DNA of 64,000 bases from Bacteroidota bacterium (lineage in GTDB: Bacteria; Bacteroidota; Bacteroidia; Flavobacteriales_D; Crocinitomicaceae): contig JBEEKN010000004.1 of NCBI GenBank assembly GCA_041168605.1, forward strand, positions 4,130 through 68,129. The letters are read 5' to 3'. A model generated the notes under the pieces. That model did no database searches, was not told where the DNA came from, and saw only the letters and a list, made by a program, of their open reading frames with translations. Positions 38,239-47,740 of the stretch are shown here, one piece after another. The stretch's first letter is position 1. Every line of letters begins with the position of its first letter. The translations under genes were made by a program, and so were the position numbers.

Positions 38239-39102
38239 TTATAATTTGATTGGCGCAATGCGCAGCAACTCTCCGCAATACAGCGTTTTTTCGGTTTGGC
38301 TTTCTAAGTAAAGCTCGCTGTGCTCAGCTTTTCGACCTTCGAAATACATTTCGGATAACTCTGTTAGGAGATTGGCTTCAATAGACGGCGAGTAGGTATT
38401 GAGCGTAAGGCGCCCGGTGGGGCTGAGTATTTGCGCACAAGCAGCAAAAAGCTGATCGATTTTATCTTCGAGTTTCCACTTTTCTCCTTTGACGCCATTG
38501 CCCCAAGCGGGTGGGTCCATGAGGATGTAGTTGTATTGATGGCCGCGGCGCGCTTCTCTTTCGGCAAACTTAAGGGCGTCTTCGAGTACCCAATGGATAT
38601 TGAGTAGGCGGCTGGCGTCCATGTTTTGGCTGGCCCAATTCAAGATCGATTTCGAAGAGTCGATGTGAAAGGTGTCGGCGCCTTTGAGCCTAGCCATGCA
38701 ACTTGCAGCGCCTGTATAGGCAAAAAGATTCAGGAATTTATCGTCGGAAGCAACGTGCGCATCGATGTGCGCCCAGTTGATGGCTTGTTCAGGGAAGAGG
38801 CCAACATGTTTGAAGGTAGAGGTCCCGAGTACAAATTTCAAGCGCCCATAAGAGATTTGCCATTCAGTTGGCGCATCTTTTTTGAGGGCTTTCCAGCGAC
38901 CCGTTTTGCCTGGACTTTCGGTGAATTCCCAATGGGCTAATTCTTTCCATTCGGCAAAGGGTTTGCCACTGTGAAAGTATGCCTGTACGTCGGGTCTGAT
39001 GGTAATGACCTGGCCCCAGCGCTCGAGTTTCTTACCACCTCCGGCATCAATTAATTGGTAATCTGGCCAAGAAGGCGCAACAGCGCGAGGTGTTTGAGAC
39101 AT
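38239..39102 (-). CDS. Class I SAM-dependent methyltransferase (RlmI/Methyltrans_SAM-like)
   Basis: The ATG at 39102 gives MSQTPRAV... (the track start at 39135 is GTG and would overlap the upstream gene). Motifs FLNLFAYTGAAS (SAM binding) and YNYILMDPPAWG (catalytic DPP-x-F/W). Confidence 0.65.
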   Translation of the reverse strand: MSQTPRAVAPSWPDYQLIDAGGGKKLERWGQVITIRPDVQAYFHSGKPFAEWKELAHWEFTESPGKTGRWKALKKDAPTEWQISYGRLKFVLGTSTFKHVGLFPEQAINWAHIDAHVASDDKFLNLFAYTGAASCMARLKGADTFHIDSSKSILNWASQNMDASRLLNIHWVLEDALKFAEREARRGHQYNYILMDPPAWGNGVKGEKWKLEDKIDQLFAACAQILSPTGRLTLNTYSPSIEANLLTELSEMYFEGRKAEHSELYLESQTEKTLYCGELLRIAPIKL

Positions 39103-39103
39103 A

Positions 39104-39685
39104 TTAACGCATTTTAGGGGTTTTCTTGCGACCACCCGTCATTTGGGCCATACGCATTTGATTTTTGGAAGGCGCCATCTGGAGTTGTTGTTGTAACATT
39201 TTGATTTGATCGCGCAACATGCCGTTTTTATCGTGTTTTTTGGCTTCTGCAAGCAAGGCTAAAGCTTCTGGACGGCGGCCAGTTTGGGCACAGATACCTG
39301 CCAAGTGCATACGGGCAACGGCGTTGTCTTCTTTTTGACGCAAGCCTAAGCCGATGGCTTTGCGCAGTAATTGTTCGGAGGCGGCAAAGCCCAGTTCTTG
39401 TGCGCCGAGTACCGCTTTGAGGTACAGAATGTACGCGTGTTGCTTTTTAGGCAATAAATGCGGGTGTGTGATTTTGTTGATATATGCTTTGGCTTTGTCT
39501 TGGTTACCGACGCGCATTTGATTGAGCGCAAGGATCATGTTTTCGTTGCGGAAAAATGTCAGGACGATCAGGGCCGTAATGAAAATAAAGAAAATGCCCC
39601 AGCCCCAGTGTCCGGATACAAAGAGATAAACATTAAAAAAAGCGGCAACAAGCGCTAAAACGATGCGGATGATAAAAGCAGTCAT
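39104..39685 (-). CDS. Hypothetical membrane protein with TPR-like C-terminal region
   Basis: 193 aa with two N-terminal hydrophobic helices followed by helical repeats. Its stop lies 1 nt before the next start. Confidence 0.5.
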   Translation of the reverse strand: MTAFIIRIVLALVAAFFNVYLFVSGHWGWGIFFIFITALIVLTFFRNENMILALNQMRVGNQDKAKAYINKITHPHLLPKKQHAYILYLKAVLGAQELGFAASEQLLRKAIGLGLRQKEDNAVARMHLAGICAQTGRRPEALALLAEAKKHDKNGMLRDQIKMLQQQLQMAPSKNQMRMAQMTGGRKKTPKMR

Positions 39686-39688
39686 AAG

Positions 39689-40126
39689 TTAAGATTCAAT
39701 AGTGGCAATACATTTGAGTTCGATGGCAATAGGGGTAGGTAGAGAGGAAATCTCGACGGTGGTGCGGCAAGGCAAGTTGTCTTTGAAATACTCGGCGTAC
39801 AATTTGTTGTAGGTATGGAAATCGCGTTTCATGTTGACCAAAAAGACGGTGACATCTACAAGCTGATCCCAAGAAGAGCCAGAAGCTTCTAGAATGATGC
39901 GCACGTTTTCAAATACACTGCGGCACTGCGCTTCAAAATCAAAGGTGATGAAATTACCATTGTGATCGAGCTTGAGACCTGGTACTGAGGAATCATTGGC
40001 ATCAGAACCAGCAACGCGCGGTCCGACACCAGATAAAAACAACAAATTGCCAACACGGCGTGCGTGCGGGTACAGACCTACTGGTTTGGGAGCGTTGTCT
40101 GTAGAGATACGTTCATTTACTGACAT
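39689..40126 (-). CDS. RidA/YjgF family reactive-intermediate deaminase
   Basis: The ATG at 40126 gives MSVNERISTDNAPKPVGLYPHARRVGNLLFLSGVGP..., ending CRTTVEISSLPTPIAIELKCIATIE. The track start at 40144 is TTG and would overlap the -7 box. Confidence 0.75.
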   Translation of the reverse strand: MSVNERISTDNAPKPVGLYPHARRVGNLLFLSGVGPRVAGSDANDSSVPGLKLDHNGNFITFDFEAQCRSVFENVRIILEASGSSWDQLVDVTVFLVNMKRDFHTYNKLYAEYFKDNLPCRTTVEISSLPTPIAIELKCIATIES

Positions 40127-40141
40127 TTCACGGAATTTACG

Positions 40142-40149
40142 CAAATATA
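40142..40149 (-). promoter_or_regulatory. -7 promoter box TAnnTTTG (tatatttg on the minus strand) for the RidA operon
   Basis: Exact match 15 nt upstream of the ATG at 40126. Confidence 0.45.
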
Positions 40150-40228
40150 GGGAAAGGCGAGCGATTTAAGCCGAACTCGGGTGTAAACCCTAGTGAAAAG
40201 AACAGATTATTCATTAATTTCGTGGGGC

Positions 40229-41194
40229 ATGAGCAGCGCAAGCCACATAGAACTTTCACTTGTCATTCCGACCTTCAACGAGGAAGGCAATGTGCAACGC
40301 TTGTACAGCGAGCTGCGCCTCGTTTTGGAGCAACTCCAAATTGTAGACTACGAAGTCATTTTTATTGACGACGGCAGCTCAGACGCATCGCTTTTGCGCA
40401 TCGAGGAGTTGCGGGCCCAAGACGCACACGTTCATTACCTACAATTCAGCCGCAATTTTGGTCACCAGCATGCGCTCAAGGCAGGCCTAGACCACGCCCG
40501 TGGCGCCGCTGTGATTAGCTTAGACGCAGACCTCCAGCATCCGCCTGCACTTATCGCCGACATGGTACAGTTGTGGCGCGCTGGCGCTGAGGTGGTGTAC
40601 ACGCGTCGCCAAGACAAACAAAACGTTGGCTTTTTCAAGAAAATGAGCGCAAAAGCCTTTTATTGGTTGGCCAATCGCCTTTCTGAAGTCCCGATAGAAG
40701 AAGGTACCGCCGATTTTCGCTTGCTCGACCGCAAAGTAGTGGCCGCCATCAAATCTTTTAAAGAATCGCATTTGTTTTTGCGCGGCCTGATTCCAACCTT
40801 AGGTTTCAAGCAAGTTGCCCTAGACTACCAGCCCGCTGCGCGCTTCAGTGGTCAAAGCAAATATTCGCTGGCCAAAATGTTTCATTTTGCCATCAATGGC
40901 ATTACTTCCTCCAGTGCTAAACCGCTGTATTTTTCGATCTATCTCGGCCTCTTTTTTGCCTTTTTGGCGTTCGTTTACGGATGCTACGCAATTTACATTG
41001 CCGTGTTTACCGATGCGGCCATCACCGGCTGGACCTCCCTCATAGCCTCGGTATTATTCATCGGTGGCATCCAAATGATCCTCATCGGAATTGTTGGCAT
41101 TTATTTAGGCAAGCTTTTTGTGCAAAGCAAGCAGCGCCCCACTTACATCATCAAAACAGAAACCCTTACCTCAGTTGCTCCTCATGAAGGCTAA
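40229..41194 (+). CDS. GT2 family polyprenyl-phosphate glycosyltransferase (GtrB/ArnC/DPM1-like)
   Basis: LSLVIPTFNEEGNV, VIFIDDGSSD and SLDADLQHPP (DxD region), plus two C-terminal transmembrane helices. ATG 40229 is preferred over GTG 40193 because the near-consensus box taatttcg ends 6 nt upstream. Confidence 0.8.
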   Translation: MSSASHIELSLVIPTFNEEGNVQRLYSELRLVLEQLQIVDYEVIFIDDGSSDASLLRIEELRAQDAHVHYLQFSRNFGHQHALKAGLDHARGAAVISLDADLQHPPALIADMVQLWRAGAEVVYTRRQDKQNVGFFKKMSAKAFYWLANRLSEVPIEEGTADFRLLDRKVVAAIKSFKESHLFLRGLIPTLGFKQVALDYQPAARFSGQSKYSLAKMFHFAINGITSSSAKPLYFSIYLGLFFAFLAFVYGCYAIYIAVFTDAAITGWTSLIASVLFIGGIQMILIGIVGIYLGKLFVQSKQRPTYIIKTETLTSVAPHEG

Positions 41195-43511
41195 ATATCT
41201 TTTTCTCTTGCTGTTGCTGCACCTTGGCATGATGGCCAATGCACAGATCCCGATGGGCAGCTGGAAATTCCACGTGGCGAGTGCAAAGGCAATCGATATC
41301 GTCTCAGATGGCGAGCGCATTTTTACCGCACTCGAAAACGGCCTTTATATCTACAACCCATATACCGAAGAAGGCGTCCTGAAAACCGCCCTAAATGGTT
41401 TGTCAGACATCGCCATCTCTTGTTTGTACCATGATCGCACCGCCGATGCCATCTACATTGGTTACGCCAACGGCAACATCGACAAATGGCAGGCCGGACA
41501 AATCACCAACTTACCCGCCATCAAATTGGCGCAAATCACCAATTCAAAGCGCATCAATAAATTTGAGCGCTCCGGGGCCTATATTTATGTGGCCAACGAT
41601 TTCTCGATTGTCTTGATCGATGTCGCCAAAGAAGAAATCAAAGACACCTACTATCCAACCAATGGCCTTGAGGCCATTGTCGATGTAGCGCTCACACAAG
41701 ATTCTATTTTTGCGCTCACTTCAACGCAAATGCTCAAAGGGCTGCGCACTAACCCCGCCTTACCCGACTACTCACAATGGGATCGCGACTTGCGTTTTCC
41801 GTATCAGTCTGAAAACAAATACAAAGAGCTACAAACTTTCAATCAACAATTTTGGGTCTTGCGTACCAACGACGCTTATGGGCAAGATTCCGTTTTTCGC
41901 TTAGAGAACAATTTGTTGGTCAACGTCATTAACGAACCATTTAGTTACCAAATCAATAGCATCCATGTGCTGGGTACAGAGATGGGTATTTCTATGGACG
42001 GCGGCATTCTATTTTACAACGCAAGTGGTGTACAATTGAATTCCTATTCTGCAAGCCTGCTAGACCGCTGGATCAACCCTTCGCGCGTGTGTCAGCTCGG
42101 CAACTCTTATTGGACTGCAGACCAAGCTTGGGGCCTACAGGAGCATCCAAACGCCTTTACTTGTAAGCGCTATCCAATTGAAGGGCTGGCCAACCAGTAC
42201 GTTTATGCCATGGATTGGCAAGAAGGTGTTTTGGCTGTTGGTTCGGGTCGTTTGGAGGGTGAAATAGCACCTGCATTTACGCGCAACGGTATTCATATTC
42301 TCGAAGAAAACCAATGGCGCTTTCACAATACGCCAACGGTAACTACCTGGGATTTCAATGCACTCTGGGATTTTATCGGTGTCGCCGTGAACCCTAAAAA
42401 CCCAAAGGAAATTGCAGCGGGCACCTATTCATTTGCGCCTTTAACACTCTTCAATGAAACAGATACTTTGGTTTTCAATCAAAATAATTCTCCATTAGAG
42501 CCCGTTTCTTTAGGCAATGGTTGGTCTTTGGTTTCTGGTCTAAAGTTTGACGCAAAAGGCAATTTGTGGAGTGTTAATGGCTACACAGATCGACCGCTCA
42601 AAGTGCGCAAAGCAGATGGCGTATGGGCGAGCTATTACCTGGGTGCAGGGGCGGCCAACAAAATGACCACCGACATTGAAATTGATTTCCAAGACAATAT
42701 CTGGATGGGTACCTATGCCAATGGGCTCGTCGGTTTGCAGCACCAAGGCACCCTAGATGACCTCAGCGACGACAAAACCATTCAACTCACCACCGGCGAA
42801 TTGCTCGGCGCACTGCCTTCCAACAAAATCACCGCTTTGGCCGCAGATTTTGACGGCGAGCTCTGGATTGGCACCGATGCCGGTTTCGCCGTCTTGTACA
42901 ATGCCAACGGCAGCTTTACTGCAGGTGCGGGTAATTTTGACGCCCAGCGCATCCTGATTCCATTTGAAGGTAATTTTGAAGAAGTGCTCGGCGACGCCAA
43001 CATCACCGATATCGAGGTAGATGGCGGCAATCGCAAATGGATGTCCACAGCCAATGCGGGCTTGGTGTTACTCTCAGCAGATGGTACTCAAATCATTGCC
43101 CAATACAACGAAGATAACTCCCCACTTATTTCCAACACCATCTACGACATCGAACTCAACCACACCACAGGTGAACTTTATATCGTAACCGACAAAGGCT
43201 TGGTGTCTTTTCGTATAGACGCAACTTATGAGGACGCCACCTATGAATCCCTCAATGTTTTTCCTAATCCTGTGAAGCCAGATTATTTTGGCCCAATTAC
43301 CGTTCAAGGCCTCCGTTACAACTCAGATGTCAAAATCACTGACGCAGGCGGCAACTTGATTTATAAAACGCAATCCAATGGGGGCACAGTAACCTGGGAT
43401 GGTCAAAATCTGAATGGTGAAAAAGTGCCAACCGGCGTTTATTTCTTCTGGACTGCCAATAACTACCAAGGCGGCGAGCGCAAAGTAGCTAAGGTTCTCG
43501 TGATCCGCTGA
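41184..43511 (+). CDS. PorZ-like double beta-propeller protein with T9SS C-terminal domain
   Basis: The ATG at 41184 gives the signal peptide MKAKYLFLLLLLHLGMMANAQ. The protein is about 775 aa with two-component-regulator-propeller-type repeats. C-terminus VFPNPVKPDYFGPITVQGLRYNSDVKITDAGGNLIYKTQSNGGTVTWDG...GVYFFW...KVLVIR. Size and architecture match the PorZ family. It overlaps the GT2 stop by 11 nt. Confidence 0.6.
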   Translation: MKAKYLFLLLLLHLGMMANAQIPMGSWKFHVASAKAIDIVSDGERIFTALENGLYIYNPYTEEGVLKTALNGLSDIAISCLYHDRTADAIYIGYANGNIDKWQAGQITNLPAIKLAQITNSKRINKFERSGAYIYVANDFSIVLIDVAKEEIKDTYYPTNGLEAIVDVALTQDSIFALTSTQMLKGLRTNPALPDYSQWDRDLRFPYQSENKYKELQTFNQQFWVLRTNDAYGQDSVFRLENNLLVNVINEPFSYQINSIHVLGTEMGISMDGGILFYNASGVQLNSYSASLLDRWINPSRVCQLGNSYWTADQAWGLQEHPNAFTCKRYPIEGLANQYVYAMDWQEGVLAVGSGRLEGEIAPAFTRNGIHILEENQWRFHNTPTVTTWDFNALWDFIGVAVNPKNPKEIAAGTYSFAPLTLFNETDTLVFNQNNSPLEPVSLGNGWSLVSGLKFDAKGNLWSVNGYTDRPLKVRKADGVWASYYLGAGAANKMTTDIEIDFQDNIWMGTYANGLVGLQHQGTLDDLSDDKTIQLTTGELLGALPSNKITALAADFDGELWIGTDAGFAVLYNANGSFTAGAGNFDAQRILIPFEGNFEEVLGDANITDIEVDGGNRKWMSTANAGLVLLSADGTQIIAQYNEDNSPLISNTIYDIELNHTTGELYIVTDKGLVSFRIDATYEDATYESLNVFPNPVKPDYFGPITVQGLRYNSDVKITDAGGNLIYKTQSNGGTVTWDGQNLNGEKVPTGVYFFWTANNYQGGERKVAKVLVIR

Positions 43512-43512
43512 T

Positions 43513-44115
43513 ATGGTAGGTTTTGACTTTCTATCTCCGCTCTTGGAATTATCTGCTGCCATCTTAGGCTTCATTTATGTCTATCTCATTGCCACTGAAA
43601 AATCAATAGGATGGTTCTTCGGCATCATCAGCGCCTTTTTGTACGCCATTTTTTTCTACCGAATGGATACTTGGGGCTTGTTTAGCCAGCAAATTGCCTA
43701 TATCATTTTAGGTTTTTACGGATTATTTACGTGGTCCGATCAAAAAGAAGCCTTGCCTGTTCGGTCAATGGGGAAAGCAATCTGGATTTGGGTTTTATTG
43801 AGTTTCTTGGTTGGTATTTTGTTTTTCTCTCTTGTCTTGTGGTTTGAATTCGGCGTTAAATTGACGTTCTCCATTTATTTATTATATGCCTGGCGAGAAG
43901 CACTAGACGCGCAGTTCTTTGTATTTTCCTTACTCGCCACTTGGCTCACGACCAGAAAGGTTCTTGAGAACTGGTTGGTTTGGATTGTCGTGAACATCGT
44001 TGGGGTCATTTGGTTCTGCACCGAACATTGGTGGTCTACCGCCATTTTGTATTTCGCCTATCTCTTACTTGCTTTTAACGGCTATAGAAAATGGAAAAAG
44101 CAGCTCTCCGCATAG
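43513..44115 (+). CDS. pnuC: Nicotinamide riboside transporter PnuC
   Basis: 200 aa with 7 hydrophobic helices and PnuC-like motifs (GWFFGIISAFLYAIFF, WLVWIVVNIVGVIWF). Confidence 0.8.
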   Translation: MVGFDFLSPLLELSAAILGFIYVYLIATEKSIGWFFGIISAFLYAIFFYRMDTWGLFSQQIAYIILGFYGLFTWSDQKEALPVRSMGKAIWIWVLLSFLVGILFFSLVLWFEFGVKLTFSIYLLYAWREALDAQFFVFSLLATWLTTRKVLENWLVWIVVNIVGVIWFCTEHWWSTAILYFAYLLLAFNGYRKWKKQLSA

Positions 44116-44597
44116 CATTTACTGGGCCAGAGTCTAGCGGCAAAACAACGCTTGCTGCGTGGCTTTCTTCGTTTTTAGAACTGCCATTTATAGAGGAATA
44201 CGCCAGAATGTATTTAGCCGACAAAACGAGCTACATCCAACAAGATTTGGATGCCATGGCCCAGCAACAAGTAGCAAATTGGCCCAAAGGCGCCTTGATA
44301 GCCGATACCGAAATGCATGTTTTTCAGGTTTGGTCACAAGTAAAGTATGCTGAGGTAAGTCCGATTGTTAGCGAACTTTTGAAAGCACAACAATTTGACC
44401 ATTATTTTTTGTGTGCCCCGGATATCCCTTGGGAAGCCGACCCCCTCAGAGAAAACCCTTTGAACAGAGAGATGCTGTTTGGTTTATATCGCGAACAACT
44501 TGAAAAATATGGCCGCAATTTTACCATTCTCACTGGCAATTTAGAAAATCGGCAAGAACTGATCAAAGTCAGTATTTCTCAGCTCTTGAATCCGTAA
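44091..44597 (+). CDS. AAA_28/NadR-type ATPase, probable ribosylnicotinamide kinase
   Basis: 168 aa with Walker A motif IAFTGPESSGKTTLA. It resembles the C-terminal kinase domain of NadR and overlaps pnuC by 25 nt. Confidence 0.65.
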   Translation: MEKAALRIAFTGPESSGKTTLAAWLSSFLELPFIEEYARMYLADKTSYIQQDLDAMAQQQVANWPKGALIADTEMHVFQVWSQVKYAEVSPIVSELLKAQQFDHYFLCAPDIPWEADPLRENPLNREMLFGLYREQLEKYGRNFTILTGNLENRQELIKVSISQLLNP

Positions 44598-44602
44598 TTT
44601 TG
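44595..44602 (+). promoter_or_regulatory. -7 promoter box TAnnTTTG (taattttg), 4 nt before the ATG at 44607
   Basis: Exact match. It implies a leaderless transcript for the SCO gene. Confidence 0.4.
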
Positions 44603-44606
44603 TACC

Positions 44607-45275
44607 ATGAAACGGATTCTTTTTCTAGTTGTATTTTTCCTCATTTTGGTGCCAATTGGCTATTATTTCTTAAGTGATCAAAGCAAGGTAAAGCCGCTTC
44701 CGGTGATCAATCCGATAGACGTACAGCAAGATATGGTAGACCCCGAAATGCTGCGCATGGGCAAAGGACATCGCATTGGCGCGTTTCGTTTTGAAAACCA
44801 AGATGGCATATGGATCAGCGACGCAGACATGAAAGGCAAGGTGAGCGTTGTGGAATATTTCTTTACGACATGCAAGAGTATTTGCCCCATCATGAACAGC
44901 CAAATGCAACGCATTCAGCGCAAGTTTGCTACTGAAAAAGACGTCCGTATTTTTAGTTTTACCGTAGACCCCGATACAGACACAATTGCGCAAATGAAGC
45001 GTTACGCCACGGCCCACAATGCCAAAGCAGGGCAATGGCATTTTTTGACTGGAAAAAAAGCCGATTTATACGGCCTAGCTAGGCGCTCGTTCTTTATACT
45101 GAAACCTGCAGAAGCGCAGAATCTAGGCGATGCCGGCAGCGATTTTATCCATACCAATAATTTTGTCTTGGTAGACCAAAAACTGCGCATCAGAGGCTAT
45201 TACGACGGCACCAATCCGAAGGAAGTAAGTCTACTCCAAGCACATATCGCGCAACTGCTCAACGAGCCTCAATAA
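44607..45275 (+). CDS. SCO1/SenC family copper chaperone (thioredoxin fold)
   Basis: 222 aa with an N-terminal transmembrane anchor, the CxxxC motif FFTTCKSICP and a conserved downstream His (FIHTNNFVLVD). Confidence 0.8.
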   Translation: MKRILFLVVFFLILVPIGYYFLSDQSKVKPLPVINPIDVQQDMVDPEMLRMGKGHRIGAFRFENQDGIWISDADMKGKVSVVEYFFTTCKSICPIMNSQMQRIQRKFATEKDVRIFSFTVDPDTDTIAQMKRYATAHNAKAGQWHFLTGKKADLYGLARRSFFILKPAEAQNLGDAGSDFIHTNNFVLVDQKLRIRGYYDGTNPKEVSLLQAHIAQLLNEPQ

Positions 45276-45293
45276 AGGCATTTTCTTTTTGCC

Positions 45294-45301
45294 TATCTTT
45301 G
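45294..45301 (+). promoter_or_regulatory. -7 promoter box TAnnTTTG (tatctttg), 7 nt before the ATG at 45309
   Basis: Exact match in a 33-nt intergenic spacer. Confidence 0.4.
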
Positions 45302-45308
45302 TACCCAA

Positions 45309-46163
45309 ATGAGACAACCAAAGAAAACAGGTGCAAAACCTAAAGTAAGCGGTGCCAAAGATGCACCAAAGGTGAGTGCCCGTGACAAGCGCAAATACAT
45401 CGATTACAAAATCAAAGTCAAAAAAGGCGACCCCTTGCCTAGTTTCCGCGAAGATGCCATTCGCCTCAATAAGTTTTTATCCAATGCAGGGATTTGTTCG
45501 CGTCGCGAGGCAGATGTCCTCATTGAAACAGGCGTGGTATCAATTAACGGTGTTATTATCACAGAATTAGGCTACAAAGTCAAGCCCGGAGACGCAGTAC
45601 AATACGATGGCGAAACCATCACAACCGGTACCAAACGCTACGTTTTGCTCAATAAACCAAAAGGTTATATTACTGCCATCGACGACCCTCGTGGCCGTAA
45701 AACTGTCATGACCCTCGTGAGCAAAGCTTGTCGTGAGCAAATCTTCCCAGTTGGCCGCATGGAACGCGAAACCACCGGCCTGATGCTCTTCACCAACGAT
45801 GGCGACATGATGAAAAAACTCATGCACCCGCGCTACCACGCGCGCAAAATTTACCATATCGAGACCAACAAAGCGGTATCTCGCGAAGACATCGAAAAAA
45901 TGACGCGCGGCATCGACCTCGACGACGGTCGATTCAAAGCTGAGGCAGCAAGTTTTGTGGAAGGCGGCGCAAGCAACGAAATTGGCGTAGAAATCCGTTC
46001 GGGCAAAAACCAAGTTGTTCGCAGAATGGTAGAAGCGCTTGGCTATCAAGTCATCAAGCTAGACCGCGTCATGTATGCTGGCCTTACCAAAAAAGATTTA
46101 CCGCGCGGCTATTACCGCCACCTCACCGAACAAGAAGTTGCGTTCTTAAAGATGTCTAAATGA
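45309..46163 (+). CDS. RsuA/RluB family pseudouridine synthase with S4 domain
   Basis: Lys-rich N-terminus, S4 domain IRLNKFLSNAGICSRREADVLIETGVVSINGV, and catalytic region FPVGRMERETTGLMLFTNDGD. Confidence 0.8.
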   Translation: MRQPKKTGAKPKVSGAKDAPKVSARDKRKYIDYKIKVKKGDPLPSFREDAIRLNKFLSNAGICSRREADVLIETGVVSINGVIITELGYKVKPGDAVQYDGETITTGTKRYVLLNKPKGYITAIDDPRGRKTVMTLVSKACREQIFPVGRMERETTGLMLFTNDGDMMKKLMHPRYHARKIYHIETNKAVSREDIEKMTRGIDLDDGRFKAEAASFVEGGASNEIGVEIRSGKNQVVRRMVEALGYQVIKLDRVMYAGLTKKDLPRGYYRHLTEQEVAFLKMSK

Positions 46164-46876
46164 AAAAATGGGTATTTTTTGGCTTGTTAATTCTCGGCGC
46201 TACCATTATCGGATGGTTTGTCAAGGGGTATGTTTCTGAAGAAAAATTTGCATACACGAGTCAAAACCCCAATGCCGCTTTCTTTTACCCGCTAGACACC
46301 GTTCCAAAAATCTATCAATACCGCAACATTGCAAACGGTTTAGACGAAGAATTTCATCGGATTTATACCGTTGAAGATGCACTGGGCCCCCATCTTATTG
46401 TGGAGGTTTATGCTGGCGATGGCCGTTTGCGCGAAGCCATCAATTACAACATAGACTCACTCGTTGTGCAGGACCACATGGTTGTCAATCGCGAGCAAAG
46501 CAAAGAAAAGGCGCTGCTCTACAAGAACCAATTTTTTCCGTTCGACCTTCATAAAGAAACTTGGTTTGCGTCTAAATTTAGTGGGGTAACTGACTCTACG
46601 GTCATTCTCCAAGAGGTATTTCGTAAATTCCAAAGCAAGCAGACAACTCGTGTTTTGGCTAAAAAGAAGGCCTCATCGCTACTTTTTAAAGACAAAATCC
46701 GCCGCACAGTACTCAATCCCTTCACCAGAACAGAAAAAGAAGTGATAGGCCTGCAGTACAGTATTTTTGCCGAGGGCTACGGACTCGTGGCTTGGCACAA
46801 CCGTAACAAGTCCATTCATTTTCGTTTAGAACGCATTCTGACCCAAAAGGAGTGGATTCAAATTATCGCCCGATGA
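46160..46876 (+). CDS. Hypothetical membrane-anchored protein
   Basis: 238 aa with an N-terminal hydrophobic helix. It shares an ATGA overlap with the upstream gene. No recognisable domain. Confidence 0.55.
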   Translation: MKKWVFFGLLILGATIIGWFVKGYVSEEKFAYTSQNPNAAFFYPLDTVPKIYQYRNIANGLDEEFHRIYTVEDALGPHLIVEVYAGDGRLREAINYNIDSLVVQDHMVVNREQSKEKALLYKNQFFPFDLHKETWFASKFSGVTDSTVILQEVFRKFQSKQTTRVLAKKKASSLLFKDKIRRTVLNPFTRTEKEVIGLQYSIFAEGYGLVAWHNRNKSIHFRLERILTQKEWIQIIAR

Positions 46877-47739
46877 AACAACTTATCATTTTTTCGCTGT
46901 TCCTTTTTTTAGGAGCAAGCGCACAGGCTCAATACGGCAATCAAAAAAAATCAACAGGTCCGGGAACACTCTTCTTTTATTGGGGCTATAACCGCAGTAT
47001 TTATACCCCCAGTACCATTCGCTTTATTGGCCCGGGTTATGATTTCAAACTCCAAGGCGTTGAGGCTGCAGACCGCCCCTCGACCGATTTCAATGAGTAC
47101 ATCAACTTAAAAACCTTTACGGTACCACAATTCGATGTACGTGTGGGTTATAATTTCAAGCGCAATTGGGCAGTCTCTCTAGGTTACGAGCACATGAAAT
47201 ACGTCATGAAACACGGGCCCACTTATTATTTGAGCGGCACCATTAGCCCTGGGATTGATCAAGCGACAGGCTTATCAGGCACTTACAGCGGCGACTCCAT
47301 CACCACCAATGAAAACACCTTTCATTACGAAAACACCAACGGGCTCAATTACATCAATGTGCAGCTCACCAACGTGTTCAAGGTCTACAAAACTGAGAAA
47401 GGCAACTTTGCATTAACAACACTCATGGGTGTAGGGGCAGGCCCGGTGCTTTCTTACAATGACTTTACTTTTGCGGGCGAGAAGTCCATGGAAACCGTTT
47501 CGCTTTCGGGCGTGGGTGCATCTGGGCACTTTGGATTGCGCGCAGAGTTTTTCAAGCATTTATTTGTGGCAGCGAACGTGCAAGGTGGTTTTATTGGCCA
47601 GTACCGTGTCAAAACCCGCCCTAACGACTACGATTCTCATGCCAAGCAAGCATTCTTATATGGCCAGCGCGACATCGTAGTGGGCGCATTATTCTATTTG
47701 AATCAAGCTGACAAATGCAATACCTGTCCAAATTGGTAA
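46873..47739 (+). CDS. Hypothetical outer-membrane beta-barrel-like protein
   Basis: The ATG at 46873 gives the signal peptide MKQLIIFSLFLFLGASAQAQ. The sequence shows an alternating aromatic/hydrophobic beta-strand pattern. ATGA overlap with the upstream gene. Confidence 0.55.
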   Translation: MKQLIIFSLFLFLGASAQAQYGNQKKSTGPGTLFFYWGYNRSIYTPSTIRFIGPGYDFKLQGVEAADRPSTDFNEYINLKTFTVPQFDVRVGYNFKRNWAVSLGYEHMKYVMKHGPTYYLSGTISPGIDQATGLSGTYSGDSITTNENTFHYENTNGLNYINVQLTNVFKVYKTEKGNFALTTLMGVGAGPVLSYNDFTFAGEKSMETVSLSGVGASGHFGLRAEFFKHLFVAANVQGGFIGQYRVKTRPNDYDSHAKQAFLYGQRDIVVGALFYLNQADKCNTCPNW

Positions 47740-47740
47740 A

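Noticed and set aside
46935-46950. A8 homopolymer (caaaaaaaatc) early in the 46873..47739 gene, considered as a slipped-strand phase-variation switch.
   Set aside because: The tract is short and encodes an in-frame Lys-Lys in an intact ORF. There is no second copy or evidence of a frameshift. It cannot be evaluated from a single sequence.
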